Assembly: GCA_963777315.1 (NCBI GenBank)
Contig: CAVZQC010000001.1
Coordinates: 160,001 to 224,000, forward strand
Direction of reading: 5' to 3'
Origin: Vulcanimicrobiota bacterium
Lineage (GTDB): Bacteria > Vulcanimicrobiota > Vulcanimicrobiia > Vulcanimicrobiales > Vulcanimicrobiaceae
Length of the DNA: 64,000 nucleotides
The position numbers were made by a program, and so were the translations under genes. Every line of letters starts with the position of its first letter. Within the stretch, counting starts at the first letter, position 1. Shown here one piece after another: positions 1 to 10,339 of this stretch. A model generated the notes under the pieces. It was not told where the DNA came from, made no database searches, and was given only the letters and a program-made list of their open reading frames with translations.

Positions 1-1
1 G

Positions 2-1405
2 TCGCCGGACGCACCGATAAACGGCGAGATTCCCAGCGCCCAAACGCTGCGCGCGATGCAGGTGTTCGTGAATCTCATGGGCATGGCTTTGACCAACGCG
101 CGTTCGCAAAGCCGCCTGCAGTACGACGCCACGCACGACTCGCTTACGGGCCTGCCCAATCGCACCGTCTTTTCGCTGGAACTTGCCGGCGCGCTTGGGG
201 CGGTTCAGCGCGGAGAAGCGCTCGGAGGCCGCACCGTTCTGTATCTGGACTTGGATGAATTCAAATCGATCAACGACACGCTGGGCCATCTTGCCGGCGA
301 CGACGTGCTCAAAGAAGCTGCGGCCAGGCTGCGCGCGGTCGTCGACGAGCGTTTCATCGTGGCGCGAATGGCAGGCGACGAATTCGCCGTTCTGCTGGCT
401 GAAGATGCTCCCGAGCGCATCGCCGGCGTGCTGGACGTCGTGCACAAAACGCTGCGCCGTCCCTATCATGTCGCCGGCAGAGAGATCGTGATGACGGCCA
501 GCATCGGCGTCGCGCCAATCGATCGGCATTACGCCTCGATAGCCGACGTGATGCGCGATGCCGATACGGCCATGTATCACGCGAAGGGGCAAGGCCGCAA
601 CCGCAGCGCGATTTTCACCCCCAGCATGCACGAAGAAGCGCTGCGCCGCTTGTCGCTGCGGATGCATCTCCGCAGCGCAATCGAGCACAAGCAGTTCGTC
701 GTGCTCTACCAGCCGATAGTCACACTTGCCGACGCAAAGATCTGCGGCGTGGAAGCGCTGCTTCGCTGGCACCATCCCGAACAGGGATATCTCGCGCCTG
801 CCTCGTTTCTGCCGTTGGCCGAAGAGATGGGACTGATGGTTCCGGTCGGGCGGTTCGTGCTCGAGAGCGCCTGCGCTCAATTGCGCGAATGGCACCAGGC
901 TCGCGGAGAGCGCAACTTGCAGATGCACGTGAATCTTTCGGTGCAGGAAGTGCTCCAGCCCGATTTGCCCGAGTTCATCGCTGAATTGATCGAGCGCAAC
1001 GGGATCGAGCCCGGGCAGCTCACGCTGGAAATAACCGAGACCTCGATTTTGGAGAGCGAACTGCGCGCCGCGGGCGTGCTCGGTCAGCTCAAAGCGGCGG
1101 GCGTCAAGTTATGCATCGACGATTTCGGTACGGGATACTCGTCGTTGCGCTACATCAAGACGCTGCCTGTGGACGCTTTCAAGATTGATCAGACGTTCAT
1201 TGCCGGCGTCAACGACGCAAAAAGCGAACAGATCATCGAGTTGCTGGTCCGCTTGGGAGATGCGTGCGACTTGCGCGTGACCGCCGAGGGCATAGAAACC
1301 GCCGCTCAGGCAGAGCGGCTGCTCGCGCTGGGCTGCACCTACGCCCAAGGGCTGTACTTCAACGGGCCGATGGAAGCCGGAATCGTCGGTACGCTGCTGA
1401 GATAG
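2..1405 (+). CDS. GGDEF-EAL diguanylate cyclase/phosphodiesterase, 5' truncated by window edge
   Basis: HDSLTGLPNR, DLDEFKSINDTLGH, RMAGDEF, EALLRW, IDDFGTGYSSL motifs; frame is open back to position 2. Confidence 0.93.
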   Translation, partial: SPDAPINGEIPSAQTLRAMQVFVNLMGMALTNARSQSRLQYDATHDSLTGLPNRTVFSLELAGALGAVQRGEALGGRTVLYLDLDEFKSINDTLGHLAGDDVLKEAAARLRAVVDERFIVARMAGDEFAVLLAEDAPERIAGVLDVVHKTLRRPYHVAGREIVMTASIGVAPIDRHYASIADVMRDADTAMYHAKGQGRNRSAIFTPSMHEEALRRLSLRMHLRSAIEHKQFVVLYQPIVTLADAKICGVEALLRWHHPEQGYLAPASFLPLAEEMGLMVPVGRFVLESACAQLREWHQARGERNLQMHVNLSVQEVLQPDLPEFIAELIERNGIEPGQLTLEITETSILESELRAAGVLGQLKAAGVKLCIDDFGTGYSSLRYIKTLPVDAFKIDQTFIAGVNDAKSEQIIELLVRLGDACDLRVTAEGIETAAQAERLLALGCTYAQGLYFNGPMEAGIVGTLLR

Positions 1406-1433
1406 ATTTCGCGCGAATGGGTACTATGGCCGC

Positions 1434-1631
1434 ATGGTTCTTGCTAAGGAACGGGCCGCCTCGCGCTTGGGAACGCCCGCAAACGTCGTCGAGCGCGGCA
1501 CGATCGGACAAGACGGCTCCAGCTTCGTACGCCGCTGGAATTGGGCGTGCGGGTGCAGCGGTGAAATCATTGCCGGTCCGCTCATGGAATTGGCGTGCTG
1601 CGCAGGCCATCGCGCAGCGCCGCCGCGATAA
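1434..1631 (+). CDS. possible small Cys-containing hypothetical protein
   Basis: 65-aa ORF with CGC and CC..H filling the gap after the EAL gene; overlaps the hpnG 3' end; no family recognised. Confidence 0.3.
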   Translation: MVLAKERAASRLGTPANVVERGTIGQDGSSFVRRWNWACGCSGEIIAGPLMELACCAGHRAAPPR

Positions 1632-2208
1632 CGCGCGCGGCGATCGCCGCACATCGCGGCCCTTCCCGGGCTAGAAACGGCACGTCGATCCAAGCACGCG
1701 GACTGACGAGAACGCTTCCCGGACGTTGCCATGCCGCGGAAATTTCTCGCTGCGGCGTGTCGAGCACCACGCGCACGCACGCGAGCGCCTCGCAGTCGAT
1801 GAACCCGCTCTCCATGTCGGCGCCCGCATAGCCTCGCTCCGCCCACGTTTTCCGTTCGCCTTCACGCACCAGCGCGGCGCTGCTCAAAAGCGGCGCATCG
1901 ACGGGAGCGTAACCCAGCGCGCGCGCTGCGGCGGCAAGCGACTCGACCAGGCTCTCCTCGCACACGATCTCTACGCCGTCGGTACGGTGCACCACGCGCG
2001 GAATCAACACCGTACCGGTCGGCACATCGTCGCGCAGGCCTCCGGCTAAGCCGCAGCTGATCGCTATCCCTGCGATGCGCGCGCGCGTTGCGCGCAGCGC
2101 GATCCCGGCTTGCACGACGCGAACCGTAGGCGCCAGTGCTTTTCGCGCGGCGAGGGTCTCGACGCCGGTGGCCGTGACGACGGTAACCGGCCGATCAGAG
2201 ATATCCAT
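1582..2208 (-). CDS. hpnG: hopanoid-associated nucleoside phosphorylase-like protein (HpnG-like)
   Basis: ISCGLAGGL and ADMESG PNP/MTAN-family motifs; start re-called at ATG 2208 (MDISDRP), overlapping the hpnA stop; last gene of the hpn operon. Confidence 0.75.
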   Translation of the reverse strand: MDISDRPVTVVTATGVETLAARKALAPTVRVVQAGIALRATRARIAGIAISCGLAGGLRDDVPTGTVLIPRVVHRTDGVEIVCEESLVESLAAAARALGYAPVDAPLLSSAALVREGERKTWAERGYAGADMESGFIDCEALACVRVVLDTPQREISAAWQRPGSVLVSPRAWIDVPFLAREGPRCAAIAARVIAAALRDGLRSTPIP

Positions 2209-3172
2209 GGCGGCCGTACCAGCGCACTGCACGATCGAGCGCTTCCCGAACCGAGCCGGCGTGAAACCCGAGCTCGCGACGAGCCTTGGAGTTGTCGACG
2301 AACATGCGCTCGCGCGACATGCGCAGGCCCTCGAGCGGAACCAGCGGCCGGGCGCGCCGGTGCAAGCGGCAACGCACGTCGTCGGCGTAAGCGATCGCGA
2401 ACAGCAGCGCATCGGGAACGCGGACGGCGGGCAGAGGTTTTTGCGTCACGCTCGCGAGCAACTTCCAAACGTCGTCGAGCAGCAGATTCTCGCCGCCTAA
2501 AATGTAGCGTTCGCCCGCTGTGCCGCGCTCCAGCGCTGCGACGTGCGCGCGGGCGACATCCTCGACCGGGACCAGGTTCAATCCGCCGCCCGGGGGTTTG
2601 GCGAACATTTTACCGCGCGCAAAGTCCACGATCATTCGGCCCGTCGGCGTGGGTTTCCAATCGCCGGGACCAACCGGCGCGGTCGGCAGCAGCGCTACGA
2701 CCGGAACGCGGCCCGCAAATGCGGCGCGCTCTTGTTCCAGCTTGGAGTGATGATAGCCGCGAGCGCGCCCGTCCGCAGCCCAGTCGTCTTCGGTGCGCGG
2801 CTTTGCCTCCGTGCATGCGCCCAGCGTTGCCGAGCTGGACGTCAGTACGATGCGCTCGACTCCTGCAATGCGCGCGGATTCGACCAGGCTCGCCGTTCCA
2901 CGAACGTTGACTTCCTGGACGAGCTTGCGATCCGCGGGCGCAAACGAGTACAGCGCCGCGCAATGCATCGCGTATCGGCAGCCGTCGAGGGCGCGTGCAA
3001 ACTCGCCGGGCGCGCGCAGATCGCCTTCGACGGCTTGAACGCGCGGATCGTCGTGCCGCCAAGCCTCGTTGCGCGTCAGCGCCCGCACCCGGTACCCCGC
3101 GCCGAGCAATTCGCGCAGCACGTGACTGCCGACGAACCCCGACCCGCCGGTAAGAAAGACGGTATCGCTCAT
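2195..3172 (-). CDS. hpnA: hopanoid-associated NAD-dependent epimerase/dehydratase
   Basis: TGGSGFVG Rossmann motif, YHHSK catalytic motif, PVGPGDWKPTPTG; hpn context. Confidence 0.88.
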   Translation of the reverse strand: MSDTVFLTGGSGFVGSHVLRELLGAGYRVRALTRNEAWRHDDPRVQAVEGDLRAPGEFARALDGCRYAMHCAALYSFAPADRKLVQEVNVRGTASLVESARIAGVERIVLTSSSATLGACTEAKPRTEDDWAADGRARGYHHSKLEQERAAFAGRVPVVALLPTAPVGPGDWKPTPTGRMIVDFARGKMFAKPPGGGLNLVPVEDVARAHVAALERGTAGERYILGGENLLLDDVWKLLASVTQKPLPAVRVPDALLFAIAYADDVRCRLHRRARPLVPLEGLRMSRERMFVDNSKARRELGFHAGSVREALDRAVRWYGRHGYL

Positions 3173-3273
3173 CCTGCCAGCGTCAATTGCCTTGTGCGAT
3201 TCGCAGTGCCTGTTCGTGCCCGAACCGTCTTGGGGAACGGCGGTGAAGTTACGGAACTTCCCGGAGTGACGTA

Positions 3274-4281
3274 CTAGTGCGCCAGCGCCGCGCGAACGCT
3301 CTCCTTCATCGAGCCGGTCGTCTTTACGACGGCGGTCGGTTCGTAGCCGCAGTGCGCCATGCAGTTCTCACACTTGGGATGCTTGCCGCGACCGTACTTG
3401 GACCAATCCGTTTCGTCGATCAATTCTCTGTACGTTTTTGCGTACGCTTCGTCCGACATCAGATAGCACGGTCGCTGCCAACCGAAGATCGAGTACGACG
3501 GAATGCCCCACGGCGTGCACTCCATGTCGAGTTTGCCCTCGAGAAAATCCAAGAACAGCGGACTGTGATTGAGGCGCCATTTTTTGCGCTTGCCGCCTGA
3601 GAACGCTTCGCGGAAGATGGCGCGCGTGCGCTCGACGCCCAGGAAGTGCTCCTGGTCCGGAGCCTTTTCGTAGGCATAGCCGGGCGAGATCTGCATCGAG
3701 TCGACCTTCAGATCGTCGTTGAGGTAGTCCAGCGCGGCGCGAATCGTCGCCGCATCGTCGGGATCGAAAAACGTCGTATTCGTCGAAACCCGGAATTTTT
3801 TGGCCTGGGCGGTCTTAATCGCGGCAACGGCCTTGTCGAACGTTCCTTCTCGGCACACGACCTGATCGTGCCGCTGCTGCAGACCGTCCAGATGGACCAT
3901 CCACGTGAACAGCGGATGCGGTTTGAACTTGTCGATTTTCTTTTCCAGCAGCAGCGCGTTGGTGCAGACGATGACGACCTTCTTGCGCGCTATCAACTCG
4001 TTCACCAGGCGCGGCAGCTCTTCATAGACAAGCGGCTCGCCGCCGGCGATCGAAATCACCGGCGCGCCGCACTCCTGCACGGCGGCCAGGCAATTTTCGA
4101 CCGATAGGCGCTTGCGCAGCGTATCCATCGGATACTGAATTTTGCCGCAGCCCGCGCAGGCAAGATTGCATTGAAAGAGCGGCTCGAGTTCCATGACCAG
4201 CGGATACTTGGTCTCTCGCCTGATCTTCTTGCCGAAGATGTATTTGGCGATTTGGGCCTTCTGTGCGAACGGGGTGCTCAT
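3274..4281 (-). CDS. hpnH: adenosyl-hopene transferase, radical SAM
   Basis: LEPLFQCNLACAGCGKIQYP CxxxCxxC, SPGYAYEKAPDQEHFL, CENCMAHCGYE; ATG 4281 overlaps the shc stop (ATGA). Confidence 0.95.
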   Translation of the reverse strand: MSTPFAQKAQIAKYIFGKKIRRETKYPLVMELEPLFQCNLACAGCGKIQYPMDTLRKRLSVENCLAAVQECGAPVISIAGGEPLVYEELPRLVNELIARKKVVIVCTNALLLEKKIDKFKPHPLFTWMVHLDGLQQRHDQVVCREGTFDKAVAAIKTAQAKKFRVSTNTTFFDPDDAATIRAALDYLNDDLKVDSMQISPGYAYEKAPDQEHFLGVERTRAIFREAFSGGKRKKWRLNHSPLFLDFLEGKLDMECTPWGIPSYSIFGWQRPCYLMSDEAYAKTYRELIDETDWSKYGRGKHPKCENCMAHCGYEPTAVVKTTGSMKESVRAALAH

Positions 4282-6167
4282 GAAACGGTAACCTGCTCCC
4301 TTGAGGTAATTTGACCGGTATGCGCGTGATGAGAATAGCGCGCGTCCATCGCGAGCGCCATCATCGGAAAGAGATGCCGGTACATGTGATAGTTGAGATA
4401 GAAATCGCGCGGAAAACCTGTACCCGTAAAATAGGGTTCGTCCCACGTGCCGTCGGAACGCTGGCGGTCGCGCAGGAATTCCAGGCCTCGGCGCGCCGCG
4501 CCATGCCGGCCCATTCCGGCCCACTGCAGCGTCATCACGGCCCATGCAGTTTGCGAGCACGTGCTGGTGCCTACGCCCGCGAACGACTCGTCGACGTACG
4601 AATGGCAGCTCTCTCCCCACCCGCCGTCGGCATTTTGTTTGCCGATCGTCCAGCGCGTGGCTTTGGCAATCATGTCTCGGCCGACCTCGAGCTGCGCGAG
4701 CGCGGAGACCACGCACCACGTGCCGTAAATGTGATTGACGCCCCAGCGTCCGAACCAGGACCCCCACGGTTTTTGCGCGCGGCGCAGATACTGCAAACCG
4801 CCTGCCACGTATGGATCGTTCTCGCCGGCGCCCAGCATCGCCAGCATTTCCAGCACGTGGGCGGTCACGTCTTCGGTGGGCGGATCGATCATGGCGCCGA
4901 AATCGGAAAACGGCATGCGGTATAAAATTTCGCTGGTGTTGTTTCGATCGAACGAAGCCCATGCGCCGTTGGACGAGCGCATGGCCAGCGTCCACTTCAC
5001 TGCGCGCTCTACGGCGGGCCGAACCAGTTCGGACCGTCCTCCTTCGAGCAGCGCGCACACGATCGCGGCGGTATCGTCCACGTCCGGGTACGCATCGTTG
5101 TCGAATTCGAACGCCCAACCACCGCCTTCGACGCCTTTGCAGCGAATTTGCCAGTCGCCCGGCGCACCGGCCGGAATCTGTTCGCTCAAGAGCCAGGCGA
5201 CGGCTTTGCGCATCGCCGGATGGTCCGATCGAAGTCCGGCTTGATAGAGCGCCCGCACGGCCCATGCGGTATCCCAGACCGGCGACATGCAGGCTTGAAA
5301 ACGCCAGCCCGAATCGTCGGAAAACGCGAACCGCTCCATGCCCTGCAGCCCTTTACGCATTACCGGATGATCCAATGCGAAGCCCTGCAGGCTGAGCGCA
5401 ATCAGCGAATACACCCACGGCGGCTGAATGCCGCCCCAGCTGCCGTCGGATTCTTGGCGCTGCACGATCCACTGCGCCACCTTCTCGCACGCCGCGTCGC
5501 GTCCGGGCTTGAACGGCGAAGCCTCGTAGAGCTTGAGCACTTTGTCGGCGTACCGGAGCGGGCCGCTGCCGGGTACCGAATGCGTGCGCGCCTGCGTTCC
5601 GGGATTGACGATCTCGCCGACGGCCACGCCGAGCTCGCGCACGGGCCGCCGTGCGATCACGATGCACAGCGGCGCGACGGTGCCGCGGGCCCAGCAAGAA
5701 AAATCGTACAGATTGAACGGCATCCACGCGGGAAGATGCGCGATCTCCGGCGGCATCGTGGGAATGCCGTCCCACGGGTAGGCGCCGAACATCGCCATCC
5801 AGATCTTCGTGAAGACGCGAGTCTGCGTTAAGCCCCCGAGAGTTCGAATGACGCGCAGCGCGCGCCGCATCGGATCGGCCAAGGGATCGACACCCAACAC
5901 CTTGAGCGCCACGTAGGCTTCGATGGTCGTGCTCAAGTCGGCAGGACCGTCGTAATAGAGCGCCCACGAACCATCCGCGCGCTGGTGGTGAAGGATGTGA
6001 TCCACGGCGCCTTGCCGGATCGAATCGTGCGGAACGCCCAAAAACCGCAGCAGCAGCACGTGCTCGGCCGTCATGGTCACGTTGGTTTGCAGTTCGTCGG
6101 TCCACCAGCCGTCCGCATGTTGGGTGGCCAGCAGCCGATCGACGGCTTTTGCAAGATGGTCAGGCAT
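4278..6167 (-). CDS. shc: squalene-hopene cyclase
   Basis: DVDDTA (DxDD) catalytic motif, several QW repeats (QxxDGSW), GTGFPRDFYLNYHMY. Confidence 0.97.
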   Translation of the reverse strand: MPDHLAKAVDRLLATQHADGWWTDELQTNVTMTAEHVLLLRFLGVPHDSIRQGAVDHILHHQRADGSWALYYDGPADLSTTIEAYVALKVLGVDPLADPMRRALRVIRTLGGLTQTRVFTKIWMAMFGAYPWDGIPTMPPEIAHLPAWMPFNLYDFSCWARGTVAPLCIVIARRPVRELGVAVGEIVNPGTQARTHSVPGSGPLRYADKVLKLYEASPFKPGRDAACEKVAQWIVQRQESDGSWGGIQPPWVYSLIALSLQGFALDHPVMRKGLQGMERFAFSDDSGWRFQACMSPVWDTAWAVRALYQAGLRSDHPAMRKAVAWLLSEQIPAGAPGDWQIRCKGVEGGGWAFEFDNDAYPDVDDTAAIVCALLEGGRSELVRPAVERAVKWTLAMRSSNGAWASFDRNNTSEILYRMPFSDFGAMIDPPTEDVTAHVLEMLAMLGAGENDPYVAGGLQYLRRAQKPWGSWFGRWGVNHIYGTWCVVSALAQLEVGRDMIAKATRWTIGKQNADGGWGESCHSYVDESFAGVGTSTCSQTAWAVMTLQWAGMGRHGAARRGLEFLRDRQRSDGTWDEPYFTGTGFPRDFYLNYHMYRHLFPMMALAMDARYSHHAHTGQITSREQVTVS

Positions 6168-7467
6168 GCGTTAAATCGTTCGCTTGTTGAAAAGTACCCG
6201 CGCAGGCGCTCCGCTCAAGCACCTGTGCCGCGCGCAGCCCGCTGCGAACGGCCGACTCCATCGTATCGGGCCAGCCCGTATCGGTCCACGCGCCCGCGAC
6301 GGCGACGTTTGCAAGCGCGCCCTGCGCCTGCGGCCGCACGGTTCCGGGGGATGCGAGGTACGTTCCCTCGGGATTGCGGGTGGCCGCTCCCAGCACGAGG
6401 CGTGCACCCGCGAAATTTGGCAGCGCCCGGCAAACTTCATTCCAGGCCAGGGCCACGACTTCGGACGTCGGCTTGGCGATCAGATTGGCGGCCGCGCTCA
6501 TACTGGCGCACAAGTATCCCGGCGCTTTTTGAAATACCCACTGCACCGGCGAATCGAGAATCGCCGCGAAGTCGCCGTCCAGGCCGGCACCGTCGTGCCA
6601 AAGATGCACGTCCATAATCGGAAACGGCTCGTACGCGTCCAGCTGCGCAAGGCCCAGACGCGAGTGCTCGCCCACCAGCCGCGCCAGCGCGCGCGGCGAA
6701 ACCGCCAGCACGGCGGCATCGAATCGGGATTCGGTTTGCGCGGTGCGCAGGACGACCCGGTGCTCGTCCGCATCGAACGCCAGCACCGCGCTGGAACGAT
6801 GCACGGCGTCGAGCGCCGCGGCGGCGTTCTCCATGATTTCCGCCAGCGCAACGGTGCAGTAGCCGAAGCGCGCGCCGTCGCGATCGTGCAAAAATGCGGT
6901 CGATAGGACGAACGCCGCTTGGGCTGCGCTCATCCGGTCGAGCGGCGCGTTGAGCGCGGGAACCATGAACGGCTCCCAAAAGGCACGCAGCGTGTCGCGG
7001 CTTTGCCGGTGCTGCTGCAGCCAGCGAGCGAAGCTCAGGTCGTCGCGGGCACCTGCCGGATCCAGCATGAGCGCAAGCAGCGCGAACGCGATCCGGATTT
7101 TTCCCGCAAACGATATATGGCGATACCGGACGAACGACGCGAACAGATGCAGCGGCGGCGGCAGATCCGCCGCGCGCAGCTCGCTGCGGACACCGTTCTT
7201 GTCGTAAACCGCAACGCTGAAACGATCTTGCAGGTGCAAGGCGTGACCCATGCCGATGCGTTCCACGAAGCGTACGAATTCGGTACAGCAGGCCAAATAC
7301 ACGTGCTGGCCGTTGTCGACGACGCGCCCTTCCACTTCAAACGACGTGGCCCGCCCGCCCAGCAGCCGGCTGCGTTCGAAAAGCTCCACTCGCCAGCCGG
7401 CTTGCTTGAGCTGCGTTGCTGCGGCAAGGCCGGCCAGGCCGGCGCCGACGACGGCTGCGCTGCGCAC
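6160..7467 (-). CDS. hpnE: hydroxysqualene dehydroxylase (FAD-dependent)
   Basis: VVGAGLAGL, LGGRATSF, DNGQHV, GWPDTMESAVRSG; start re-called at GTG 7467. Confidence 0.9.
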   Translation of the reverse strand: MRSAAVVGAGLAGLAAATQLKQAGWRVELFERSRLLGGRATSFEVEGRVVDNGQHVYLACCTEFVRFVERIGMGHALHLQDRFSVAVYDKNGVRSELRAADLPPPLHLFASFVRYRHISFAGKIRIAFALLALMLDPAGARDDLSFARWLQQHRQSRDTLRAFWEPFMVPALNAPLDRMSAAQAAFVLSTAFLHDRDGARFGYCTVALAEIMENAAAALDAVHRSSAVLAFDADEHRVVLRTAQTESRFDAAVLAVSPRALARLVGEHSRLGLAQLDAYEPFPIMDVHLWHDGAGLDGDFAAILDSPVQWVFQKAPGYLCASMSAAANLIAKPTSEVVALAWNEVCRALPNFAGARLVLGAATRNPEGTYLASPGTVRPQAQGALANVAVAGAWTDTGWPDTMESAVRSGLRAAQVLERSACAGTFQQANDLTHA

Positions 7468-7468
7468 G

Positions 7469-8380
7469 TCAGTCCCAGCTCGACGGACGCAGCCACGAAC
7501 CGAGCACGACGCGCAGTTTCTCTCTTTTGGAAAGCGCGGCACGTTCTCGCAGCGGCAGCTGCGGATCGCGTTCGATTTTCTGCAGGATCCCTTCGTAGAT
7601 GCCCGCCATCGTTTGCACGCACGCGCCGGCACGTCGTGGAATGTACCGCAAAACTTGATAGCCGCTTTCAAACAGTTGCCGCGCGCGCTGCGTTTCAAAC
7701 GCGATCAGTGCATCCCATCCGGCACCGGGATTTTCGAGAATCGTTTCGTCGGTTATCCCGAATCGCCGCAGGTCTTGGGCGGGAAGATAGACGCGGCCCA
7801 TTTCGGCGTCCTCGCGCACGTCGCGAAGAATGTTCGTCAACTGCAGCGCAAGCCCCAAGTCGTCGGCGCGCGCCAGTGCCGCCGCGTCGGTAAAGCCGAA
7901 GATGCGCACGCACATCCGGCCTACCACCGATGCGACCAAATAACAATACTCGCGCAGCGCTTCCCACGTTTCGTAGCGGGTGCAGATGCAGTCCCGTTCG
8001 ACGCCGTCGATCAGCGCGAGCAATTCGTTTTGCGGTATGTCGTAGCGCGCCACGGCTTTGGACAGCACCTGAACGACCGGGTCGCCGTCGCCGTGCGGCG
8101 CCGGCAAGCTGCCGAAACACGCGCGCACCCGTTCGCGCTGCGCTGCCAGCCTGCGGGGAATCAGCGCCGGGGCGGGCGCACCGTCGACTTCGTCGTCGAC
8201 CTGACGCGCGAAATCGTACAGCGCGTAAATCGCCATCCGCTGCTCGTGCGGAAGGGAAATGAAACCCCAGTAAAAGTTCTTGGCTTCGCGCCGCGCCATC
8301 TCACGGCAAAACCGTTCGGCTTCTTCTTCGACCGTCTGCGGACGGCGCACATAGCGAACCGCGTCAAGCGGTTTCAGCAT
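7469..8380 (-). CDS. hpnD: presqualene diphosphate synthase (squalene/phytoene synthase family)
   Basis: NFYWGF, RQVDDEVD, LQLTNILRDVREDA motifs. Confidence 0.88.
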   Translation of the reverse strand: MLKPLDAVRYVRRPQTVEEEAERFCREMARREAKNFYWGFISLPHEQRMAIYALYDFARQVDDEVDGAPAPALIPRRLAAQRERVRACFGSLPAPHGDGDPVVQVLSKAVARYDIPQNELLALIDGVERDCICTRYETWEALREYCYLVASVVGRMCVRIFGFTDAAALARADDLGLALQLTNILRDVREDAEMGRVYLPAQDLRRFGITDETILENPGAGWDALIAFETQRARQLFESGYQVLRYIPRRAGACVQTMAGIYEGILQKIERDPQLPLRERAALSKREKLRVVLGSWLRPSSWD

Positions 8381-9209
8381 CGTTCACCCCGGGCCCGCGC
8401 CCGCTCGCTTCCAACGCCGCTCTCACGAGTAACCCCATTTTGGTCCGCTTCGATACCGAAGGCCGCTGAACATCCGTTCTATAGCCGATGCGGCGAATCT
8501 GGTCGCAAATCGCAAGGCCGCCCAACCGGTACAGCGCGAGTTGCATGCGCAGCGGGCGCGGAGCCATTGTTTCCAAGACCCTGCCCGATGCCAGCAAAGT
8601 GCGCGCTCGATCGACCAGCGATTTGACCGCGCCGTGAATCCCCACTCTCTGGATGTCTTCCTGCAGCAGATAACAGCGCCCCATCCTTTCGTCGCGGCTC
8701 ACGTCCTGCGCGTGATTGGCAAGCTGCAAGCCGATGCACACGTCGTCGGAAAGACGTTCGGACTGCGCGTCGGCCATTGCGAAAAACCGCAGCACTACGC
8801 GACCGACGGGTGCCGCCGACAACATGCAGTATGCCTGCAACGCGGGCCAATTGCGGTACGCGAACGTCCGCTGATCCCACTCGTTGGCCTCGATGAGATC
8901 GACGAACGGCTGCTTGTCCAGGCCGTAACGGTCGACGGTTTCCCGCAGCGCGATCAGCACGGGATGCACCGGCGAGCGCCCCGCAAAAAACGCCTGGGTC
9001 TGTTCGCGCCAGGATGCCAGCCGCTCGAGCGCCTCGTGCGGCGACCCGCTCTCGTCACCCAAGTCGTCGGTCGTACGGCAAAAGGCGTAAAAGCGCATCA
9101 AATCCAGGCGAATGCGCGCGGGAACCAGTCGCGAAGCCACGGCGAAATTCTCGTAATGCTCGTTCGCGAGCCGTCTGCAGTATGCATCGGCACTGTGCAA
9201 CTCGGTCAT
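8364..9209 (-). CDS. hpnC: hydroxysqualene synthase HpnC
   Basis: HYENFAVAS, RTTDDLGDE, LQLANHAQDV; start re-called at ATG 9209. Confidence 0.9.
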   Translation of the reverse strand: MTELHSADAYCRRLANEHYENFAVASRLVPARIRLDLMRFYAFCRTTDDLGDESGSPHEALERLASWREQTQAFFAGRSPVHPVLIALRETVDRYGLDKQPFVDLIEANEWDQRTFAYRNWPALQAYCMLSAAPVGRVVLRFFAMADAQSERLSDDVCIGLQLANHAQDVSRDERMGRCYLLQEDIQRVGIHGAVKSLVDRARTLLASGRVLETMAPRPLRMQLALYRLGGLAICDQIRRIGYRTDVQRPSVSKRTKMGLLVRAALEASGRGPGVNDAETA

Positions 9210-9214
9210 CGATC

Positions 9215-10264
9215 TTACAGCTTCTCGCCGGCGCGCACGATGCGGGACGAACCCCGCAGATCGCCTATCGTGCGTACGCCCAGCGCGAACATTGCGATGC
9301 GAAGCACTTCCTGCAGCTCCTCTGCGAGCTGTGCGGCGTGCTGATATCCCTGCGCGGCAGCCCGCAAAAACGGTCCGGCGATTCCGACCAGATCCGCGCC
9401 CAGCGCCACGGCTTTGACCACATCCAAGCCCGAGCGGATTCCGCCGCTGGCAATCAGTATGCTCCCGGGCGCCACGCGGCGGGCGGCCGGCAAGCACTGC
9501 GCGGTCGCGATGCCCCATCCGGCGAACTCGGCAGCGGCGCGCGCGCGCCACGGTTCTTCGATGCGATGGCGTTCGACCTCGCTCCAGGACGTGCCGCCGG
9601 CGCCGGCGAGATCGACCGCCGCGACCCCGGCCGCGAACAGCGCGCGCACATCGTCGGGCGCGATGCCCCAGCCGACTTCCTTGACGATCACCGGAACGCC
9701 GATTTGCCTGCACACCTGCGATATCTTTGCCAGCAAACCGCCAAAGCACGTGTCGCCTTGCGGTTGAAGCGCTTCCTGAACCGCGTTCAAATGCAGCACG
9801 AGCGCATCCGCGCGCAGCAGATCGACGATGCGCCGGCAATCCCGTACGCCGTAGCCCTTGTTGAGCTGCACGGCGCCCAAATTGGCGAAGAGCAGCACGT
9901 CCGGCGCGAGCGATCGCACGTCGAACGTATCGAGCAGTTGCGGATTTTCCAGCAACGCGCGTGCCGAACCCAAACCCATTGCCAAGCCGCGCTCCTGCGC
10001 AACCTGCGCGAGCGCGCGATTGATGGCGCGCGCCGCGGATGTCCCGCCGGTCATGCACGAGATGAGGATCGGCACGGCCAAAGCTCGCCCAAACAGCGTC
10101 GTGCTCGTATCGACTTGCGCGAGGTCGATCTCCGGCAAGGCGCAATGAATCAAGCGGTAATCGTCAAATCCGCTTGCTTCCTTTGAATCCACGTCGCGTT
10201 CGAGGTTGATGCGGACGTGATCGTCTTTGCGAGACGGCGTACCGTTTGCGAGCTCAGTCAACAC
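9215..10264 (-). CDS. fni: type 2 isopentenyl-diphosphate delta-isomerase (FMN)
   Basis: RKDDH, SCMTGG, HLNAVQEALQPQGD, KEVGWG, GAGGTSW, SGGIRSG; start approximate (GTG 10264). Confidence 0.92.
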   Translation of the reverse strand: MLTELANGTPSRKDDHVRINLERDVDSKEASGFDDYRLIHCALPEIDLAQVDTSTTLFGRALAVPILISCMTGGTSAARAINRALAQVAQERGLAMGLGSARALLENPQLLDTFDVRSLAPDVLLFANLGAVQLNKGYGVRDCRRIVDLLRADALVLHLNAVQEALQPQGDTCFGGLLAKISQVCRQIGVPVIVKEVGWGIAPDDVRALFAAGVAAVDLAGAGGTSWSEVERHRIEEPWRARAAAEFAGWGIATAQCLPAARRVAPGSILIASGGIRSGLDVVKAVALGADLVGIAGPFLRAAAQGYQHAAQLAEELQEVLRIAMFALGVRTIGDLRGSSRIVRAGEKL

Positions 10265-10339
10265 AAACGCGCTTGGCCGCGTCGCTCTGCGAAGCCTTCC
10301 GGCATGATTGCGGCACGAACGCGCCGCATTAGCTGCGAT

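Noticed and set aside
368..390. AGDEF instead of GGDEF as an inactive cyclase
   Set aside because: First-position variants can be active and the other motifs are intact; not informative alone
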